NCBI GenBank assembly: GCA_038245905.1
Contig: JBBRRY010000020.1
Coordinates: 1-64,000 of the forward strand
Direction: 5' to 3'
Source: Thermoanaerobaculia bacterium
GTDB lineage: Bacteria; Acidobacteriota; Thermoanaerobaculia; UBA5066
DNA: 64,000 nt
Part shown: positions 49,276-59,300 of the stretch, one piece after another
Numbering within the stretch: position 1 is the stretch's first letter
Layout: the number at the start of each line of letters is the position of its first letter
The notes under the pieces: model-generated
Told to the model about the DNA's origin: nothing
The model's input: the letters and a program-made list of their open reading frames with translations, nothing else
The model's database searches: none
Position numbers and translations under genes: made by a program

Positions 49276-52200
49276 TCAGTATTCGGCGCTGGGAAACATC
49301 CGGAGGACGCTGCCATCCGACGTTTTCGCGTCGTTCAGGACGCCGTACGCGAGCCACGTGTCGTCGCCCGCGAGGCGCGTGATGACCGCGTACGCCGCCG
49401 TCGTTCCCGCCGGAACGCCCGCCGTGTCGAAGACACCGGACCACTGCGTCCAGTCGCCCGGCTGCAGCGTGACCGTGATCGGACTTCCCACGGCCTGAGA
49501 GGTGGCCGCGTCGTAAAGGCGCACGGACAGGGAAAGCGCGATTTCCGAACCGCCTCCGAGGTGGACGACGGCGAGGTTCGAGCGCAGGGAGGCATCACGC
49601 GTGAGGCCCGGCACGAGAGCCGACGCGCGCGCGCCACCCCCCTTCGCGGCGGCGGGGTACGCGACACCGAACGAGCCGCCCGTCGCCGTATCGGTGTTGG
49701 GCGTCGTCGTGCGCGCGATCGCGACCGTCTTCGGCGAGTCGATCGTGCCGAGGTTTCGGAAGTCCACCGAGAGGGACCCGGCCTGCGCGCCCGAAGACGC
49801 GTCCGGGATGTTGACGCCCTTCGACCTGAGATACGCGAGGATGTTTGGAATCGTCGTCTGCTGATGCGCGGCGAGCGGCAGCGTGACCACCGCGACGCCG
49901 CTCGAAGATCCGAATCCTGGCGCGGGCCGGTAGACGAGGTCCGCTGGTGTTGCGAAGTTGCCGTCGTTCGCGAGAGTCAGCTCGGTCGTGTAATGGGAGC
50001 CCGCCGCACCGAGCACGTCGAGGACGACCGGGACGACGAGTTTGCGAGCGGCCGCGAGGCCGCCCGGCCTGTAGAGCGGCAGGATCGAACCGTCCGACGT
50101 GACGGCATCGTTCACGACGCCGTAGGCCGTCCACGATCCGATCCCCCCGGTCCGGGTGATCTTTGCGTAGCCGTACGCATCGTCGGGGAGACCCGCGCGG
50201 GCGAGAATCGCGTTGAACTGCCGCCACTCGCCGGGACCGAGGGTCGTCGTGATCGGGGCTCCCGCAACCGCGCCGCTTTGGTCGTAAACCTGGATCGAGA
50301 GAGAGAGCGCCTGAGCGCCGCGGCCCGGGATGTGTCCCACGGCAAGATTCGAGCGTGACGTGCCGGAGATGCTTCGAAGCCCGTAGACCGCGCCTTCGGA
50401 TTCGGCGGCGTCGAGGTCGGACGGCGCATCGAGGAACGTGCCGAAGCTGCCGGTGGCGCCGGCGGTGTAGGCGCGGGAAAACGCGTAGACGGAGTCCGTC
50501 GCGTCCGAGGGAAGCGTCTGCGGGTCGCCTGCGATGGAGATCGAGCCCGCGGTGCCCGAGGGGCTGGGCGTGATCGCAAGGCCGCGATCGCGGAAGAACT
50601 GGAGCGCGTCCGGCGCACGCAGCTCCGAGAGCGGCGCGAGGGTGACGGAGACCGAGCCGTCGCTGGACGCGAGGGGAAAGTCCGGGGCGTGGATGAATCC
50701 GACATGGACCGTCACGGGCGCGGTCGAGCGGTTTCCGAGCGTGAGGTCGGAGCGGAAGCGCGCGCCGGTGGCGCCCGTCAAGTCGAGGACCACAGGAATG
50801 TACTTCGAGGACGCGGTCGTCGACGCGAGAAAGAGCCCATGACCCGCTGTGCCCGCGTACAGGTTACCGGCGTCGCCGCTCCGGCGCACCACGCGTACGT
50901 CCGCGCCCGCCGGGAGCCCCGCGTTCTCCGGCTGCCAGCCGCCGCCGATCCTTCGGAGGACTCCCGCTTTGCCCGCGCCCGCGACGGCGAACCGGCCATC
51001 GGCCGCGAACGACGAGACGAACTCGGTGCTCGCACCGAAGTCGTCCTCGCGCCACGAGCCCGCGGACGAGGAGATCCCGCCGGAGACGGACGCCGCGAAA
51101 AGCACGCTCGCGTCACCGCCGAGCGCCTGGACGAACGAGGGTGCGCCGAGGACCGCCTGCCAGGCGCTCTGCTGACGGACGAAAAGACTCGATCCCACGG
51201 AGGCGTAGAGCTTCCCCCCCACGTCTCGAGCCGTCAGCACGCTTCCGTTCGTGGGCAGGCCCGCGTTGTCGGACGACCACGTGCTTGCCACGAGCCGCCA
51301 CATTCCCGCGTTCTGCGTGCCGCCGGCGACCGTGCCGTCGGAAACCGCCGCGAGCGAGCTGATGGCGACGCCCGTAGGCAATCCGTCCTCCAGGACCGAG
51401 ATCGGATTGAAGATGCTCGGTCCGAGCGCCCAGGTGTAAAGGTGACAATTCGTCGCGGCAAAAACCCTCAGAGAGTTCACCGCCATCGAGCTCACGTCTC
51501 CGCAGCCTTCTGGCGCGAAATTGGCTCCGGGGACCACGGCAATGCCAGCCCCGTGAGCGGCGACGAACGTCTCGCCGATGATGGTCTTCACTTCGGTGAT
51601 CGACGCCGCGTAAAGCCCTGTTCCCGCCGCGCTCCACGAGATTCCGGAAAGCCGGTAGATGGGCGCGCCGGCCGTGCCGACGTAGAGATCGCCTCCCAGC
51701 GTTCCGAAGCTCTTCGCCGACGCGACGAGGAGGCCCGAGTTCGTGGCCTGCCAGCTTCCGACGCCGGAGAGAACTCCCGCGTCGGCGGTCGCCACGCGCA
51801 CGATGCCGCCCGCATCCGTGATGGCGCGCACGTCGTGCGAGCCGAAGCCCGGGACCGCGGCCCATGCGCCCGAGAACGTGTAGAGAGTCGGGCTCGGCGT
51901 CTTGTCGGTGCCGGCGTAGAGGACGCCGTTCGCGACCGCCAGCGCCTGAACCGTGGACGTGACCGGGAGCCCGGTCGAGATCGGGGTGACCGTGGAGCCC
52001 GCATAGCGCGCCGCGCCCCCGCGCAATCCCACGACGAGATCAGCGGAGTAAACGCACGCCGCCGTTACGCCGCCGCCGGGGTTCGTCAGCGCCGTCCAGG
52101 TTCCGGAGGAGCGCCTGGCGACTCCGACTCCGGCCGCCCACACCACCGTCCCGTCCGTGGCGAGAACCGAGGGGAACGTCAGGGCCGCGGGGAGCGTTTC

Positions 52201-52530
52201 AGCCGTCCACGTTCCGTCGACCCCACGCTTCCAGACCTTTTCGCCATCCGCCGCGTAGACGGCGTCGGCGACGACGATCGACGCGATCGTCCGCGCCGAC
52301 AGGCCGTCGAGCGTCCACGCGCCGGCCTCGAGCCGCCAGACGCCGCGAGGCGTCGCCGCCCAGAGGGTCGCACCGCTTCCGGCCAGCGCGGTCGCGTTCG
52401 CGCCCGGGAGCGTTTCGACGGGAGAGAAGATGAGGCCCGCCTGCAGTGGCGCGGCTGCGAGAAGTGCCGTGAGCAGCGTCACGGGAAGGACGTGGGAGAG
52501 CCAACCGGCGGCATCGATTCGTCGTCTCAT
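49276..52530 (-). CDS. secreted beta-propeller protein plus two tandem C-terminal modules
   Basis: Signal peptide; LYAGT / W...N.GLP repeats; modules end AYGV(V/L)NDA.TSDGS. Confidence 0.82.
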   Translation of the reverse strand: MRRRIDAAGWLSHVLPVTLLTALLAAAPLQAGLIFSPVETLPGANATALAGSGATLWAATPRGVWRLEAGAWTLDGLSARTIASIVVADAVYAADGEKVWKRGVDGTWTAETLPAALTFPSVLATDGTVVWAAGVGVARRSSGTWTALTNPGGGVTAACVYSADLVVGLRGGAARYAGSTVTPISTGLPVTSTVQALAVANGVLYAGTDKTPSPTLYTFSGAWAAVPGFGSHDVRAITDAGGIVRVATADAGVLSGVGSWQATNSGLLVASAKSFGTLGGDLYVGTAGAPIYRLSGISWSAAGTGLYAASITEVKTIIGETFVAAHGAGIAVVPGANFAPEGCGDVSSMAVNSLRVFAATNCHLYTWALGPSIFNPISVLEDGLPTGVAISSLAAVSDGTVAGGTQNAGMWRLVASTWSSDNAGLPTNGSVLTARDVGGKLYASVGSSLFVRQQSAWQAVLGAPSFVQALGGDASVLFAASVSGGISSSAGSWREDDFGASTEFVSSFAADGRFAVAGAGKAGVLRRIGGGWQPENAGLPAGADVRVVRRSGDAGNLYAGTAGHGLFLASTTASSKYIPVVLDLTGATGARFRSDLTLGNRSTAPVTVHVGFIHAPDFPLASSDGSVSVTLAPLSELRAPDALQFFRDRGLAITPSPSGTAGSISIAGDPQTLPSDATDSVYAFSRAYTAGATGSFGTFLDAPSDLDAAESEGAVYGLRSISGTSRSNLAVGHIPGRGAQALSLSIQVYDQSGAVAGAPITTTLGPGEWRQFNAILARAGLPDDAYGYAKITRTGGIGSWTAYGVVNDAVTSDGSILPLYRPGGLAAARKLVVPVVLDVLGAAGSHYTTELTLANDGNFATPADLVYRPAPGFGSSSGVAVVTLPLAAHQQTTIPNILAYLRSKGVNIPDASSGAQAGSLSVDFRNLGTIDSPKTVAIARTTTPNTDTATGGSFGVAYPAAAKGGGARASALVPGLTRDASLRSNLAVVHLGGGSEIALSLSVRLYDAATSQAVGSPITVTLQPGDWTQWSGVFDTAGVPAGTTAAYAVITRLAGDDTWLAYGVLNDAKTSDGSVLRMFPSAEY

Positions 52531-52573
52531 GGGCGTGCCTTTCGCTCCCGCGGCGCCGGGATCCAAGTGTACA

Positions 52574-52588
52574 TGGCACGGTCTGTGC
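52574..52588 (+). promoter_or_regulatory. probable sigma-54 promoter
   Basis: TGGCAC-GGTCT-GTGC with correct GG/GC spacing, ~41 nt upstream of ATG 52630. Confidence 0.55.
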
Positions 52589-52629
52589 GAAGTTCATGCC
52601 GGTCGACGGTGGTCTATAAGGAGACGAGA

Positions 52630-52953
52630 ATGAATCCAAAGTACTTCCCTGGGATGAAACTGGCGGCGGCCGCCCTCTTCACGGGGTCGATTCTGACGGC
52701 ATGTGTCACGGCCCCTCCGCGCGGCACCGTCTACGTTCGGACGCGGCCGCCTGTGGCCATCGTCGAGGTGCGCGGAAGCGCGCCAGACGCGAATCACGTA
52801 TGGATCCCGGGCTATCACGCGTGGCGCGGGAGCGAGTACGTATGGGTCCCGGGCCGCTGGGACCGCGGTCCTCATTCGCGGGCGACGTGGGTGAATGGCC
52901 AGTGGAAGCAGCACCGCGACGGCTGGTACTGGGTCGACGGCCACTGGAAGTAA
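52630..52953 (+). CDS. YXWGXW-repeat lipoprotein
   Basis: Lipobox LTAC; WIPGYH.W, YVWVPGRW, WVNGQW, WVDGHW. Confidence 0.9.
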   Translation: MNPKYFPGMKLAAAALFTGSILTACVTAPPRGTVYVRTRPPVAIVEVRGSAPDANHVWIPGYHAWRGSEYVWVPGRWDRGPHSRATWVNGQWKQHRDGWYWVDGHWK

Positions 52954-53026
52954 TCTCCCGGTATTCTCTTCAATCCCGAGGCCTTTTTTACCGGCCGGGA
53001 GTCCCTAGACCAGGATTCCACGGCGG

Positions 53027-54049
53027 TCACCTCTTCCCGAAGAGCCGGCTGGCCGCGGCCCGCGCGCGGGCCTCGAGGACGCGGGCGCGCGGCAGGACGG
53101 GCGGAACGTGCAGGGCTCTGCGGGTCAACCCTTCGAGGGTTGCGAGGCGGGTGAGGGCGCGATCGGATCTCTCGAAAGACGCGACGAGAGGCGCGAGCGC
53201 CTTCCGGTCGCGGATCGTCGCGAGCGCCGCGCGGAGCTCCTCGGGAGTCGCGCTTCCGGAGAGGTGCGCGTCGCTGTCCGGGGCCGTGAAGGGCAGAGGA
53301 CCACGCGCCACCGCATACGCTGCGCCGAAGACGACGCGAAAGAGCGCACCGAGAAGGATGTTCTCGTACGCGCCTGCGGCAAAGTCGGGCTCTTCCACGA
53401 GGAGCGTATCGAAGCGCGGGCCAAGGACGGCGCCATACACCTCGCGCGCGGTCCGGATCGCGGTGGCGCCGCTGAAATCCACAAGGCGTGCCGCCGTTGC
53501 CGCGAGAGGGACATCGACGATTCTCTTGCCGCGCGCGCGCAGCGCGAGCGCGGCGCGGTCTCCCGCCTGGCGCTTCGTCGAACGCGGCCAGCGTTCGAGC
53601 CCCTCGAACGCTGGTGCGAGCACGGGTGCCTGAAGCGCCCGGTAGGCGGCGCGACGCGCCATGAGGGCGAACACACCTGGCAAGGTCCCGCGCCGGAGGA
53701 GCGAAACTCCCGCCACCGTAGCATCCTCGAAATGTCCGAGGAGCGAGGCGACCCACTCGCCATCGAGCACGAAAACGTCCGCGTCGAGAAGAAAAAGGAT
53801 GTCGCCAGGCCGCTCGAGCGCCTTCTCGCGGAATTCGACGACGTCGAGGGCTTCGAAAGAGCGCGTGAGAAGCGTAGCCCCGGGAAAATGTCTCTGCTCG
53901 AAGCCCTCGGGCGTCGCGTCGCGGAACAGAAGGACCTCGACTTTCGCGCCGGTTCGGCGCAGCGCGGGCAGAAGGTCGCGCCCCAAGAGCCGGAACCAGA
54001 GCCGCGCGTGGTCCGGGAACCGGTGCGCGGAGGCAATGACGACCTTCAC
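53027..54049 (-). CDS. putative GT-A-fold glycosyltransferase-like protein
   Basis: DILFLLDADVFVLD (DxD after a hydrophobic strand); GTG start overlaps the upstream stop (GTGA). Confidence 0.55.
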   Translation of the reverse strand: MKVVIASAHRFPDHARLWFRLLGRDLLPALRRTGAKVEVLLFRDATPEGFEQRHFPGATLLTRSFEALDVVEFREKALERPGDILFLLDADVFVLDGEWVASLLGHFEDATVAGVSLLRRGTLPGVFALMARRAAYRALQAPVLAPAFEGLERWPRSTKRQAGDRAALALRARGKRIVDVPLAATAARLVDFSGATAIRTAREVYGAVLGPRFDTLLVEEPDFAAGAYENILLGALFRVVFGAAYAVARGPLPFTAPDSDAHLSGSATPEELRAALATIRDRKALAPLVASFERSDRALTRLATLEGLTRRALHVPPVLPRARVLEARARAAASRLFGKR

Positions 54050-54327
54050 GGATGCACGGTGCGGGGGTGGTATCGCCCGTCCGGCCCGAAGCCGTTTTCC
54101 CAGTCGCCGATGCTCCATGTGCCGCCCATCCATACGCCGCCCCAGAACACGCCGCCACGGAACGTTCCGGAACGGAAGAGCCCGCCCACCATGACACCGG
54201 ACTCGAAAATCCCGCCTTCCCAGGTGCATTCGAAAAGGACGGCGCCGCGATTCACAGTGTGAGGGCCGAATGTCTCGTGGCGGCGGAGCTCGCCCTCGGC
54301 GAGGACGAGAACGGGCGCATCGATCAT
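54046..54327 (-). CDS. small Gly/aromatic pentapeptide-repeat protein
   Basis: WEGGI FESGV MVGGL FRSGT FRGGV FWGGV WMGGT WSIGD WENG has 5-residue periodicity; tightly coupled in the operon. Confidence 0.7.
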   Translation of the reverse strand: MIDAPVLVLAEGELRRHETFGPHTVNRGAVLFECTWEGGIFESGVMVGGLFRSGTFRGGVFWGGVWMGGTWSIGDWENGFGPDGRYHPRTVHP

Positions 54328-54328
54328 C

Positions 54329-55417
54329 TCACTCGATGATACGGCGGAGATCCTTCACGAGACGGAAGGCGAGGAGCGCGGCAGCGGCGAGCGGGGTGGC
54401 CACCCGCTTTGGAACGCCGCCGACGCTGAGGGCGAGGGATGGAACGCCCGCCGCCTCGAAGAGCCCTGCGTGCCGTTCGTCGGCGAGGACGGGCTGCCCG
54501 CCGACGAGCACGAGGGCCACGTCGCGAGGCAGCGCCTCGAGGAGCGGCGCGGAGAGCGCGACGACGTCCGCGGGAGCCCCCGCGTCGAGTGACGGCCGGG
54601 GCAGACCCAGCCGGCGCGCCGCGGTGACCGTGACGGCCGAGGAGAGCCGCGCGTCGGGCATGAAGCCGAGGGCGCGCGCCGCGCGGATCTCATGGAGGAG
54701 CGTGCCCGCGCCGCTCACGAGGGCGTCGGTCCCGAGGAGGACGTCGAGGTCCGCTTCGAAAAGGGCGCGCGGGGCCGTTGCGCCGTACAGGAAGAAGTTC
54801 GAAGTGGGGCACCAGACGGCGGCGCAGCCGGCTGCCGCGAGCCGGGCGATTCCCGAAGGCTCCGCGGCCACGAGATGCACGGCGAGGAGGCGCGGAGAGA
54901 GAAGCCCGCGAAGGAAGGCCTCGTCGATCTCCTCGGCGGAAGTGGAGGAGGTCCCCTCGGCGAGGTGCATTGCAAAAGGCCCGGCCGCGGGCGGCGCTTT
55001 GGCATCGCGGAGGTCGTGGAGCCCGTCGAGGGTGTGAACTCTCACGACGTTCACGGGAAAGCCGGCCTCGAAGTCTGGCTCCCAGCGGTCGTGGTGGACG
55101 ACCGAGGTGACGCCTCCGAGGATGTTCTTGAACGCGCCGAACAGGAGGGCGTCGCGCTTGGGCAGCATATGGCGCCGCGCGAGATCGTCGGCGAAGCGTG
55201 CATGAAGGTCGGCGCCCCAGACGGCGGCGCTCGTGTAGGGCGGCTCGCCGATCCTGGGGAGGTGATTCCGGTGAAGATGGTCGTGGGCGTTCACGAGGCC
55301 CGGCATCAGGGTGGTCTCCCCGAGGTCGAGCGTGAAGGCCGCCACGCCCTCCGGCGTCGAGAGCCTCCCGCCCTCGACGTCGCGCGTCGCGTTTCCCGCC
55401 TCGAGGCGGAACCTCAT
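54329..55417 (-). CDS. amidohydrolase family protein
   Basis: PGLVNAHDHL, GGVTSVVHH, HLAEG, AVHLVA, WCPTSN, LGTD. Confidence 0.88.
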   Translation of the reverse strand: MRFRLEAGNATRDVEGGRLSTPEGVAAFTLDLGETTLMPGLVNAHDHLHRNHLPRIGEPPYTSAAVWGADLHARFADDLARRHMLPKRDALLFGAFKNILGGVTSVVHHDRWEPDFEAGFPVNVVRVHTLDGLHDLRDAKAPPAAGPFAMHLAEGTSSTSAEEIDEAFLRGLLSPRLLAVHLVAAEPSGIARLAAAGCAAVWCPTSNFFLYGATAPRALFEADLDVLLGTDALVSGAGTLLHEIRAARALGFMPDARLSSAVTVTAARRLGLPRPSLDAGAPADVVALSAPLLEALPRDVALVLVGGQPVLADERHAGLFEAAGVPSLALSVGGVPKRVATPLAAAALLAFRLVKDLRRIIE

Positions 55418-56100
55418 TTCGAGAAGCGCAGGGCGAGGAGCAGAGGGAGGCCGAGGTCCGCCGCGTACCGGTCGAGCTTCTTCGCGCGCTCGTAGAAGGG
55501 CCGAACCTCGGAACCAACGCCGAGCGAGCCCGAGGCGTCGAAGGTGAAGCCCGCCTCGCGCGCGGCGGCCTCGTGGGCCGGGCCGTCGTGCACGACGTGC
55601 TCGACGACGTGCGCCGCGCCTGAGACGTCGCGAAACGCGCGCGCGTGGCCCCGCCGGATGGCCTCCGGATGAAAATCGGTGACGACGGCGTATCCGCCTT
55701 TGCGGAGAACGCGCGCGAATTCCCGGTAGAGCGGGGCGATCCGGAGGAGATGGCCGGCCGCGAGCCGGCACCACACGACGTCGAAGGCTCCCGCTCCGAA
55801 AGGCAGCGCGCGGAGGTCCCCGCTGGCCGTCGTGCGAGGCCGGGCGGGATCGCGGCGGCCTGCGGCCAACATCTCGAAGACGAGATCCACGCCGCAGGAG
55901 ATCCGCGGCCCGTGCCGCTCCGGGAAAACGAGCCGGCGGGCCGTGCCGCAGGCCGCGTCGAGCAGGTCTTTCCCCTCGATGTCGTGCGAGAAAAGGTGCA
56001 CGGCGAGCGAGTCCATCGTCGTGAGCGGGTTCTCGACGTCGTACGTCGCGGCCCACAGGCGATAGGCGGGACGCGTCCCGAGGGGCGGCTCGGCGCTCAC
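55414..56100 (-). CDS. class I SAM-dependent methyltransferase
   Basis: LLDAACGTAR, GDLRALPF..FD, EFARVL..GG, TDFHP; ATGA overlap with the amidohydrolase. Confidence 0.88.
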   Translation of the reverse strand: MSAEPPLGTRPAYRLWAATYDVENPLTTMDSLAVHLFSHDIEGKDLLDAACGTARRLVFPERHGPRISCGVDLVFEMLAAGRRDPARPRTTASGDLRALPFGAGAFDVVWCRLAAGHLLRIAPLYREFARVLRKGGYAVVTDFHPEAIRRGHARAFRDVSGAAHVVEHVVHDGPAHEAAAREAGFTFDASGSLGVGSEVRPFYERAKKLDRYAADLGLPLLLALRFSK

Positions 56101-56326
56101 GCGGGCGAGTATAGCGACGAGGCCGCCCGTCGCCGACGCGCGCGCGACCTCCGAGAGCGTCCTCGGCCGCACTTTGACACGGCCCTGTGTAACCTATTCG
56201 CGTTTCAAACGTCTTGTGCTGAATGATCCGTTCGTCATCCGGCGAGGGCCGCGGAATATGGCCCCGGAGTTGCTCGCCCATTCCCAATCGGCCCGTGAGG
56301 GGTCAAAACGGCTTGGAGGATCTCCC

Positions 56327-59300
56327 GTGGTCAAGTCCCCAGCGACGTTCGTGAGTCGAATCGTCCCGCTCGTCGCGTTTCTCGTCTTGTCCGCTCCCGC
56401 GGGCGCGGGCGAAATCCGCGGCCGCATCCTCGTCTCCGACCGCGCCGACAGGCCCGCCCCGGGTGTCACGATCTCCACGGTTCCCTGGGAGACGCCCGGA
56501 GACGAGGCCCGGCGCGAGATGAAGGGGGGCGAGCCGCCGAAGCCCGTCGCCTCGGCGACGAGCGGAGCGGACGGGTCCTTCGTTCTCACGATACCGCCGG
56601 CCGAGGCGGGCCAGGAGAAGTTGTTCCGGGTTCGGGCCGAGGGGGCGGGCATCGTGCCGGTGCTCTTCGAGGGCGTCTACGACGCCTCGGAGATCGAGGA
56701 TCTCGGGGAACATACGCTGCCGCGCGGGGAGAGGCTTTCGGGAATCGCGGTCGACGCCTCGGGCAAGGCGATTGCGGGCGCGGCGGTCTCGCTCGAGCCG
56801 GGCGTCGCCGGCGGCGACGACCTCGCGTATCGCGTCGTGACGCGCAAGGCCGTCACTGGCGAGGACGGAAAGTTCCAGTTCGACGAGGCGAGCGCCACGG
56901 GGAACCGCGTCACGATCGAGAAGGCCGGGTTGGCGCCGGCCCGGGAGACGGGCCTCCGGGCGGGCGCGGTTCCGCGTCCGATCACGGTCAAGGCGGGCGA
57001 TCCGGTGACGGGCGTCGTCCTGGGCGCTAGCCGGAAACCCGCCGCGGGCGCCCTCGTGAGGCTCGAGAGCTCCCGCGCGACGACGCGCTGGGTCGAGACG
57101 GACGCCGAGGGACGGTTCACGATCCCGCACGCGCCGGACGGACGCGGCGCGATCGTCGTCGACGCCGGAGAAGCCGGGTGGGGAAGCCAGCCGGACGTCA
57201 GGCTGCCCCTCGGCGAGGGCAAGTCGATCACGATTGCGCTCGCGCGGCCCGCGGCGCTCGACGGCAAGGTCGTCGACGACAAGACGGGTCGCGTCGTGCC
57301 GCGCGCGAAGGTCTTCGTCAAGGCGAACGGATTCGCGCGCCTCGCGCGCACGGGGCCGGACGGCCTCTACCACCTGAAGGGCGTTCCGCCGCAGACGTAC
57401 CGGCTCTCGGTCGACGAGGCGCGCTACGTGCCCTGGGTGAAGCCGGATCTCGCTCTCGCGCCCGGTGAGACGAGGCGACTCGACGTCGCGGTCACGCTGG
57501 GAGCGACGATGACCGGCAAGGCCGTCGACGAAAACGGCGCTCCGGTGGGCGCGGCCCGGGGCACTCTCACCCGCGGGGGCGAGAACGCGATCGCGGGCAT
57601 CCGCCGGATGCTGCGCGTCGGCGGAGAGACGACGGCGTTTCGGACGCGCGCGGACGGCACGTTCAAGGCGACGCGCCTGGCGCCGGGAGACAACCAACGC
57701 CTCTTCGTGAGCCACGCCGACTTCGAGCGCGCGACGGTGGCCGGACTCTCGCTGCCGTCGGGCGGGACGAAGGGCGATGTGACGATCGTGATGCGGCGCG
57801 GCGCCACGATCTCGGGCGTCGTGAGGGACGCGAGCGATCAGCCAATCGCGGACGTCGAGGTGCAGGTCGACCCGTCCGTGAACTTCCGCGGAGGCGCCGG
57901 AGGCATGGTCGCGAATTTCGCGCGCATCGGCGGCGCGAGCGTGCGTCCGAAGACGAAGACGGCGGCCGACGGCACGTTCCACGTCACGGGCATGTCCGTG
58001 GGCGAGTACGCGCTTCAGATCCGGAAGCCCGGCTTCGCGAACGAGCGGGTCGACCCCGTCAAGGTGACGGAGAAGGGCGCGGAACCCGTTGTCGTGACGC
58101 TCGGCCCCGAGGCCTCGATCGCCGGCATCGTCCGCAAGAAGAACGGCGAGGGCGCCGAGGGATACATCGTGCGCGTCGGGACCGGGGGCCGGGGCGCGGG
58201 CGGCGGCGGGAGCCCCTTCGCCGGGACGGGCACCGACCTCGCGACGGGTCCCGACGGCCTCTTCGTCATCGACGGATTGAAGCCGGGTCAGGTCTACGAC
58301 CTGTCCGTCTTCGGCGGCGTCGGCCTCGGCCCGCAGAAGCGCGGTGTCGTGGCGCCGGCCGCGAACGTCGACCTCCTCGTGGCTGGCACCGGCCGTATCA
58401 CGGGAACGGCGCTGGACGCGCGGAGCGGGCAGCCGCTGAAGAGCTTCTCGGTCTCTTACGAGCCCGATCGCGGCGGCGGGGGCGGCATCATCCGGATGGT
58501 CGCACGCGGCGCGGGCGTTCAGACGGGCATCGGCCAGAAACGCGAGTTCAATACCGAAGACGGCTCGTTTGCGCTCGAGGACGTGCCCGCAGGAACTTGG
58601 ACGGTCGTCGTCGAGGCCAAGGGATATCAGCAGGCGCGCGTCGCGAACCTCGTCGTCGAGGAGAACGGCTCGAAGGACCAGGTCGAGGTGAAGGCGACGC
58701 CGGGCGTCGTTCTCAAGGGCCGTGTCACGGACGCCCGCAACGGGCGTCCGGTCGCGAACGCGAGCATCACGCATGAGGCGGCGGGGAGCGGGAGCCCCGG
58801 CGGTTTCGGCGGCGTCGGCGGCCGGGGCGGTCCTTTGGCCGGATTGGACGGCTCGGGCGACCTCACCACGGACGCGGAGGGGAACTTCGAAATCGAGGGC
58901 ATCGGCGTCGGGCGCCTGAAAATCACCGCGAAGAATCCCGACTACACGGACGGCAGCGAGGTCGCGGACGTCAAGGAGACGGGCGGCACCGTCGAGATCA
59001 AGCTCGCCTCGGGCGGTTCCGCGAGCGGCGTCGTCGTGGCCGGGAATCAGCCCCTCCCGAACGCGGAGGTTTCGATCTCGGCCGCCGGCGAGACGGGATT
59101 CGGCCGCATTCTCGGGGGCGGCCAGACGACCACTTCCGACGCGACGGGACGCTTCCACTTCGATCACCTCGGGGCGGGCCGCTACTCGGTGTCGGCCGGA
59201 ATGAACGGCAAGTCGAGCAACCTCGCGGAGTTCGTCCTACAGACCGGCGACTCGAAGAGCGATCTCGTGCTCTCGCTCTCTTCGGGCTCGACGATCCAGG

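Noticed and set aside
56303-59167. Long antisense or alternative-frame ORFs (also 45-983, 6679-8328, 15416-16942, 29899-31365, 60622-62403)
   Set aside because: They are shadows of real genes in high-GC DNA: Arg/Ala/Pro-rich, without motifs, and overlapping well-supported CDSs.
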